Source of the DNA: Folioceros fuciformis | Taxonomy: Eukaryota | Direction of reading: 5' to 3' | Length of the DNA stretch: 64,000 nt | NCBI GenBank assembly: GCA_049999805.1 | Contig: JBNGIO010006370.1 | Location: 311,212-375,211 of the forward strand | Shown: piece by piece, positions 57,891 to 64,000 of the stretch | Numbering within the stretch: position 1 is the first letter of the stretch | Layout: every line of letters begins with the position of its first letter | The notes under the pieces: generated by a model | Seen by the model: only the letters and a program-made list of their open reading frames with translations | What the model was told of the DNA's origin: nothing | The model's database searches: none | Translations under genes and position numbers: made by a program

Positions 57891-60590
57891 ATGATCATTG
57901 TATGGGAACTGGATCGGTTGTGGACCCAACAAACGGGTGGGTGTACAGGAATTCTACGAGGATCTCCTGCTCACCTCGTCACCACAGGGAATCAAGCTCT
58001 GGGAATCAATGTTGCCAGGTGCAGCAGTGCGCGGAAATCAGGACTCTCACTTCCTGGAAAATTCGTGGGTGGGGAAGGATTTCCCAATGATGGTCGTCGG
58101 CAGGAGCAGGAGCAAGAGCAGGAGCTTCTGTGGCAGGAATTTTTTGTGGACAGTAGGCTTGATAACAGGAGCTCCCGGTCGCCTGACTTCCGACGTAAGG
58201 GGTCAGGCGATGGGGTCCTGAGGTTGGACAACATGCTCAAGCCAGCTAGGGTGGACGAGCAGCTCATTTGTTGGGACAGGCAGCTGGGTCGTGGTGCCTC
58301 TTCTTCTTCCCAGTCCAGCTCTCCGAAGAAGCCTGGTCCTGGGTGGCGCAGAGGACCGGCAGTTGGCGTTGTGACGGCTGAAACTGTGAGCACGTTGTGT
58401 GAGCACGGGAAGCTTACTGAGGCTGTAGAAGCCCTGCAAGCTCTGGCGCTCACAGACTGCCCTCTTCCTCCGTCTCTGATTTATGCTGTGCTCAAACTGT
58501 GTACAGTTGAGAAGGATTTGGTTGTGGGGCAACGAGTGCATGAGCTCACCGTGAAACTTGGATACGAGTCGAATGCTTTCTTGGGGAATCATCTCGTGCG
58601 GATGTATGCAGCTGGCGGTCGGCTACAAAAGGCCATGGATGTGTTCACCAGGGTAGGGAAGCCAGATGCCTTCATGTGGTCTTCCATAATCTCCGCGTAC
58701 GCTAAACATGGGAAACCCCATGAGGCCATTGAATTGTACCATGAAATGCGCAGGTTGGGCGTGAAGGCGGATGCTCACGTGTTTGCCGCTGCCCTTCAAG
58801 CTTGCGCACTTGCTGCCGACTTGGAATCTGGCATGAAACTACACAGGGATGTGTTGCACAGTGGCATTCCTCTGGACTTGTTTCTTGGCACCTGCGTGGT
58901 GGACATGTATGCAAAATGCGACAAACTGGAAGATGCACGCAGGGTGTTTGACAGCTTGGGCACAAAGAATGTGGTGACATGGACGGCCCTCATAACTGGG
59001 TACGCGAAATCTGGAGACGTGGAAGTTGCACGCCAGATTTTTGACGGCTTGGCCACAAAAAGTGTGGTGACATGGAATGCTCTGATTGCTGGGTACACAC
59101 AGCAAGGTCACGGCCAAGAGGCGCTTGTCTTGTACGGAGAAATGGAGAGGGAGGGCCAGATTGTTGCGGACTATGTTACTTTTGCTTGTCTGCTGCAGGC
59201 CTGCGGAAGCACTGGTGCCTTACAGCAGGGCAGACAGCTCCACTCACAGATTGTGGAAAGAGGGCTGCTACATACGAAACTACTTGGAAACTGCCTGGTG
59301 GACATGTATGCCAAATGTGGCGAACTGGAAGATGCTCGCAGGGTGTTTGATAGCTTGGTCACAAAGGATGTAGTAACATGGACGGCCCTGATTGGTGGGT
59401 ATACCCAGCAAGGACTTGCTCACGAGGCCCTTCTTCTGTACGAACAGATGGAGCAGGAGGGCCTGGTTGTGGCTGACCATGTTACTTTGGCCTTCCTTCT
59501 GAAAGCCTGTGCAAGCGCCGGTGCCTTACAGAAGGGCAGACAGTTGCACTTCCAGATCGGGAAGAAGGGACTGCTAGATGACATACTGGTTGGCACGTGC
59601 TTGGTTGACATGTATGCAAAATGTGGCGAACTCAAAGATGCAAGAGCGGTGTTTGACAGCTTGGTCACGAAGGATGTTGTGACATGGACATCCCTGATAT
59701 CTGGGTACGGTTCTTGTGATGAAGGTCACAAGGCATTAGCCTGTTTTGAGGAGATGTTGGTTGCCGGTATTCAGCCTGATGATGCTACCTTTACCTGCCT
59801 TCTAGTGGCATGCAGTCATGAGGGACTGGTCCATGAGGGTCGCAAGCACTTCGAATCTATGGCTGCACAGCATGGCATCAACCCTACTCTTGAGCATCAC
59901 AACTGCATGGTGGATCTTCTCGGGCGTGCAGGCCATTTAGATGAGGCAGAGGACATGCTTTTGTCATGTGAGAGCCAGAGTAACGCTGTTGGGTGGACGT
60001 CTTTGCTGTCTGCCTCAACAAGTCACAGCGACGTAGATAGGGCGGCACGGTGTTTCGAAAGGCTTGTGGCGTTGGACCCTCAGCAGGCGCCAGCGTATGT
60101 GCTCATGGCCAATGCCTATGCAGACGCAGGTAGGTGGACAGATGTAGAGAGGATTGAAGCACTGAGAATGGGGGCAGGAGCTAGCAAGAAACCTGCAGTA
60201 GCAGGCATCGAGGTGAAGGAGCAGGTACATACATTTGTGGTAGGAGAGAGGACAGATGCCATCGCGCTGAAGGTAGTGAGCACGAGTGCGCGGCTGAAGG
60301 AGGAAGGGGGACACGTACCACAGACAAGGCTGGTGTTGAAGCCACTGTCTGAGAACGAAAAGGAAGATGTGCTCTGTGGGCATGCAGAGAAGCTAGCCCT
60401 GGCGTTTGGTCTCTTGAACACTCCCAATGGCGCCCCTCTGGTAGTAACAAAGAATCTACGCATGTGCAGTGATTGCCACAGTTCCACGGAGATAATGTCC
60501 AGGCTTGAAAAGAGAGACATTGTTGTGAGGGATGGATACCGAGTGCATCGATTCACGTCTGGTTGTTGCAGTTGTCAAGGCCGACCGTGA
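57891..60590 (+). CDS. PLS-PPR/DYW:KP-GRP protein with partly degenerate PDF motif, copy 4
   Basis: MIIVWELDRLWTQQTGGCTG; LWQEFFVDSRLDNRSSRSPDFRRKG; one extra 31-aa SS repeat; KKPAVAGIEV; HAEKLA; CSCQGRP. The first ATG is 57891. Confidence 0.93.
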   Translation: MIIVWELDRLWTQQTGGCTGILRGSPAHLVTTGNQALGINVARCSSARKSGLSLPGKFVGGEGFPNDGRRQEQEQEQELLWQEFFVDSRLDNRSSRSPDFRRKGSGDGVLRLDNMLKPARVDEQLICWDRQLGRGASSSSQSSSPKKPGPGWRRGPAVGVVTAETVSTLCEHGKLTEAVEALQALALTDCPLPPSLIYAVLKLCTVEKDLVVGQRVHELTVKLGYESNAFLGNHLVRMYAAGGRLQKAMDVFTRVGKPDAFMWSSIISAYAKHGKPHEAIELYHEMRRLGVKADAHVFAAALQACALAADLESGMKLHRDVLHSGIPLDLFLGTCVVDMYAKCDKLEDARRVFDSLGTKNVVTWTALITGYAKSGDVEVARQIFDGLATKSVVTWNALIAGYTQQGHGQEALVLYGEMEREGQIVADYVTFACLLQACGSTGALQQGRQLHSQIVERGLLHTKLLGNCLVDMYAKCGELEDARRVFDSLVTKDVVTWTALIGGYTQQGLAHEALLLYEQMEQEGLVVADHVTLAFLLKACASAGALQKGRQLHFQIGKKGLLDDILVGTCLVDMYAKCGELKDARAVFDSLVTKDVVTWTSLISGYGSCDEGHKALACFEEMLVAGIQPDDATFTCLLVACSHEGLVHEGRKHFESMAAQHGINPTLEHHNCMVDLLGRAGHLDEAEDMLLSCESQSNAVGWTSLLSASTSHSDVDRAARCFERLVALDPQQAPAYVLMANAYADAGRWTDVERIEALRMGAGASKKPAVAGIEVKEQVHTFVVGERTDAIALKVVSTSARLKEEGGHVPQTRLVLKPLSENEKEDVLCGHAEKLALAFGLLNTPNGAPLVVTKNLRMCSDCHSSTEIMSRLEKRDIVVRDGYRVHRFTSGCCSCQGRP

Positions 60591-60769
60591 GAGTAGGGAA
60601 GAACTACCCAGTGCTCAATTGCTTAGGCGACGGACAAGTGCTTTCTCCTCAGGGTGACCTGAAGCAGAGAGAGTGCAGACAGTTTTACACTGATTGCCCA
60701 TGGAGACAGGATTCGAACTCGTGTGTGCTGGGCTGGGCCCATCACTGGGGCTTGGATGGCCGGGGCCCT

Positions 60770-60915
60770 CTGCCATGCTTTTCAGGCATGGTATCAAAGA
60801 GCTTGCGATCCTAATTCATGAGACTCCCTCCTGGCTGCTATCTGTCAACAAGGAAATGAAGGTATCATCACCCGGTTGAACGCAACCAACCAACATCTCC
60901 TCAAAACAACCACGG
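60770..60915 (-). pseudogene. Inverted fragment of the P2-L2 region of a GRP-family PPR
   Basis: Minus strand reads CFEEMLVGCVQPGDDTFISLLTDSSQEG...(shift)RKLFDTMPEKHG, compared with CFEEMLVAGIQPDDATFTCLLVACSHEG in the intact genes. Confidence 0.7.
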
Positions 60916-62364
60916 ACATTGTGACGTGGTGAACAGATTCCGGAGTCCTCACATCCAGCTCCGAAAATGCCTCGTCTGCATCTGGAACGGACTGCACAGC
61001 CAAGTGCGACTGAGGACCAAGCCTAACGTCAAGAAGGACAAAACACCAGTCCCGCCATTCCGTCCCGTCCCGTTGGAGCGCACGTGTATCACTTCCTTGA
61101 TGTACCTGATAGCTTTTCAGCTTTGCCGTCGCGTCGCGAAGCAGGCTATGGGCAACCTCAGCCAAGGCCAAAGCTGTTTCCCTGAGACGTGACGCAGCAG
61201 TCGGATGCTGTAGACGCAGAGGCAGAGGGAGAAGCTGCCCGAGATGGAGCCATCTTACCGGCCGATGCTGGTGTTAGCCCCCGTCACCATGGCCACAGGC
61301 TTCTGCGACCTCGTCATGGTGACAGGCAGCCAGTAGCTGAAGCAAGCAAATTCTCGCTGAACCTGCTGGTCTAGTCTAGGCTAGGCTAACGCCGAAGGTT
61401 TGTCGAGAATCAGGAAGCTGCCATTCTCAATCACGATTCACGAGCATTTGCATGTCCCTCGACTCTGTATCATCCAGCACGCAACCAGAGCAACAGGTTG
61501 GCTTATAGCAATCGCTTCTGCGGACCAGCCGCGACGAGGATTTGATGGACGAGCGCTGCCGGACGCTTGAGGGACTGGCCGCAGCCTTGGTCCAGAATTA
61601 GTGTGAGGCTCGGGGAGCGGAGCCAGGCACTAGGAGCTTCTTGGGACATCGTTCCCTCAGGCGGACATTGTTTCATAGGGCCACAGGCTGAACGATGGCC
61701 GCAGTACGACAACCGGACCCATCGTGGATCCAACACGTTGATGGATGCACAGGAATTCGACAAGGAGATCCCGCTCACCTCCCTTCAGGAAGTCCATTCC
61801 TTGCCGCCGACCAAACCTCTCCTTGCAGCACTGTATGCAGCCCAGGTAAGCTCAGAAAATGTGCACAGGATTGTTGGGATTGGCAAGCTCAGAAAATGTG
61901 TACCGGATTGTTGGCAATCAAGACCTGGGAAGAGCGGGGGGCTCATCTGCTAGTGTCGTCAACGGACCCATCATTTCTTATTAAACAGAGAGGTAAACCA
62001 TGATAGGAAGACTAAGACTAATTTGCTAAGCCTAATGACTACCAATAGCACCTTAAAATGAGGAAAAAACAGCCTACTTACAAAAAAAAACAATGTGTTT
62101 CCATTTCGATAAAGTCTTCAGGTTTCCATGGCATCTACCGCTCATGGTGGTAGGGGTGACGTTGGGACGTCTGCATTCCTTGGCGGGATCCCTTTCGAGT
62201 CATGGCCTTAGTTCAGCCACAGCACGAGACTTTAATTCAGACTTTAATCCCATGGAGAAGTTTAATGTGACATAACTAAATGAATTTAAAGAGATGGAGG
62301 ATGCTGGGCGGGTCACACTGCCATGGACCGTTGTTAGTCAACCTTCCGACAGCGCTCCCGGACG

Positions 62365-64000
62365 ATGGGCACAGTGTGGCAATCAGCACCGTTGTGGACC
62401 CAACAGATTGGTGCGTGTACTGGGCTGCTACCAGCAGCTCCCGCTCACATCACTTCGGGGAGTGAACTGCTGGCAGAAAAAGCCTCCAGGTGGAGCACTG
62501 GAAGGAGCCAAGCTCTTCCAGTTTCGAAAAAATGTGTGAGCGGGAACGGATTTTCCAGCGATGGGTTGCGCCGACAGCAGGAGCACTTGTGGCATCAGTT
62601 TTTTCTAGACCCTGCCATGTGGGTGGACAACAGACGACACAAGCAGAGCTCCCGTTCGCCTGATTTCCGACGTAAGAGGTCGGGCGAGGTGCTGTGGCTG
62701 AACAACATGTTTAAGCCTGCTTGGGTTGATGAGCAGCTGGTTTCCTTGGACATGCAGGTGGTAGGTGGGGCAGCCGCTCTGTCGAAGTTGAGCTTGGATG
62801 GGTCTGGCACGAATGTTGGATCGGAAATGGGCGTCGTAACGCCTGGAGTTGTGAGCATGTTGTGTCGGCAGGGGAAGCTGGATGAGGCTGTTGGAGCCCT
62901 GGATTCCCTGGCGCAGTCGAGCTCTGCTGTTTCTGAGTCTCTGTTGTACAGTGTGCTGAAGCTGTGTATGGTGAAGAAGGACTTGGTTGTAGGGCGACGA
63001 GTTCATGATCTCGCTGCAGAACTTGGGTACGAGTCGAGTCCGTTTTTGGGGAACCATATCTTGCGCATGTATGCTTGTGGCGGGAGTCTGCAGGAGGCGA
63101 TGGAGGTGTTCACCAGGGTGGGGAAACCGAATGTGTTTATGTGGTTCTCCATAATATCTGCTCATGCGAAGCACGGGAGACCGAAGGAGGCCATACAACT
63201 GTACCATGCGATGCGTAGGTCAGGTGTGAAGGCGAATGCTCACGTCTTTGTGGCTACCCTTCAGGCTTGTGCATTTGCTGCCGATTTGGAGTCTGGCAGA
63301 GAAGTGCACTGTGATGTGTTGCACAGTGGCGTTCCTCCTGACTTGTTTGTTGGCAACTGCCTGGTGGACATGTATGCGAAGTGTGGCGAATTGAAAGATG
63401 CACGCCAGGTGTTTGATAGCATGGTCGTTAAGGATGTGGTGACATGGAATTCCCTGATATCTGGGTATGCGAAATGTGGTGAACTGAACAAGGCACGCCG
63501 TGTCTTCGACAGCATGAGGGCAAAGGATGTGGTGACATGGAATTCCCTGATAGGTGGATACGCCCAGCAGGGTCTCGGACATGAGGCACTTGTCCTGTAT
63601 GGACAAATGGAGCAGGAGGGGCTGGTTTTGGCTGACAATGTTACTTTTGCTTGCCTTCTGAAGGCCTGTGCAAGCACTGGTGCCTTACAGAAGGGCAGGC
63701 AGCTGCACTCGCAGATTGTTGAAAGAGGGCCGCTGAATGACATAGTGCTGGGCAACTGCCTGGTGGATCTGTATGCCAAATGTGGTGAACTGGATGCTGC
63801 ACGCCAGGTTTTTGTCAGCCTCTCGTGTAAGGATGTGGTGACATGGACATCGCTGATCTCTGGGTATGCAAAGGGAGGACTGGGCCAAGAGGCACTTGAT
63901 TTGTATGGACAAATGGAGGAAGCGGGCCTGATTTTAGCTGATGATGTTACTCTTGCTTGCCTTCTGAACGCCTGTGGAAGCACCGGTGCCTTACAAATGG
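62365..64000 (+). CDS. PDF-motif/PLS-PPR protein, copy 5 (3' end outside the window; GRP C-terminus inferred)
   Basis: Missing from the ORF track because it has no stop. MGTVWQSAPLWTQQIGACTG leader; LWHQFFLDPAMWVDNRRHKQSSRSPDFRRKRSGEVLWL; PLS and SS repeats open to the window end. Confidence 0.9.
   Translation, partial: MGTVWQSAPLWTQQIGACTGLLPAAPAHITSGSELLAEKASRWSTGRSQALPVSKKCVSGNGFSSDGLRRQQEHLWHQFFLDPAMWVDNRRHKQSSRSPDFRRKRSGEVLWLNNMFKPAWVDEQLVSLDMQVVGGAAALSKLSLDGSGTNVGSEMGVVTPGVVSMLCRQGKLDEAVGALDSLAQSSSAVSESLLYSVLKLCMVKKDLVVGRRVHDLAAELGYESSPFLGNHILRMYACGGSLQEAMEVFTRVGKPNVFMWFSIISAHAKHGRPKEAIQLYHAMRRSGVKANAHVFVATLQACAFAADLESGREVHCDVLHSGVPPDLFVGNCLVDMYAKCGELKDARQVFDSMVVKDVVTWNSLISGYAKCGELNKARRVFDSMRAKDVVTWNSLIGGYAQQGLGHEALVLYGQMEQEGLVLADNVTFACLLKACASTGALQKGRQLHSQIVERGPLNDIVLGNCLVDLYAKCGELDAARQVFVSLSCKDVVTWTSLISGYAKGGLGQEALDLYGQMEEAGLILADDVTLACLLNACGSTGALQM

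Noticed and set aside
60690-60740. tRNA or SINE (minus-strand GAGTTCGAATCC B-box-like motif)
   Set aside because: The T-arm is imperfect, and I found no cloverleaf, A-box or tail.
60920-62000. Short GC-rich ORFs between PPR copies 4 and 5
   Set aside because: No recognisable homology or coherent gene structure apart from the inverted PPR fragment reported separately.

Overview
Plant nuclear genomic DNA. It is most likely from a hornwort (Anthoceros-like); this is inferred from the GRP-ending DYW:KP PPR genes, short introns and very tight gene packing. The main feature is a family of intronless PLS-type PPR genes: four complete copies, a fifth running off the right edge, and decayed relics. 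The complete copies end in a variant DYW:KP deaminase domain with a C-terminal GRP tripeptide, the type linked to organellar U-to-C RNA editing. All five carry a conserved N-terminal leader followed by a module that closely resembles the PDF single-stranded-DNA-binding motif of plant organellar OSB proteins. A compact housekeeping block at 7-23 kb holds a NAK/AAK1 kinase, plastid RPS13, acylphosphatase, PPO2, a PLS-E+ PPR, ROMO1/MGR2, CRR6, NNF1 and calmodulin. The 24-39 kb region is decayed repeat/TE sequence with a gypsy gag relic, a UBC23/PHO2-like pseudogene, PPR and LRR relics, and minisatellites. An ankyrin-kinase (ILK/VIK-like), RPL18, telomere-like tracts and four N gaps are also present. 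All family assignments come from manual motif recognition; no database search was run.
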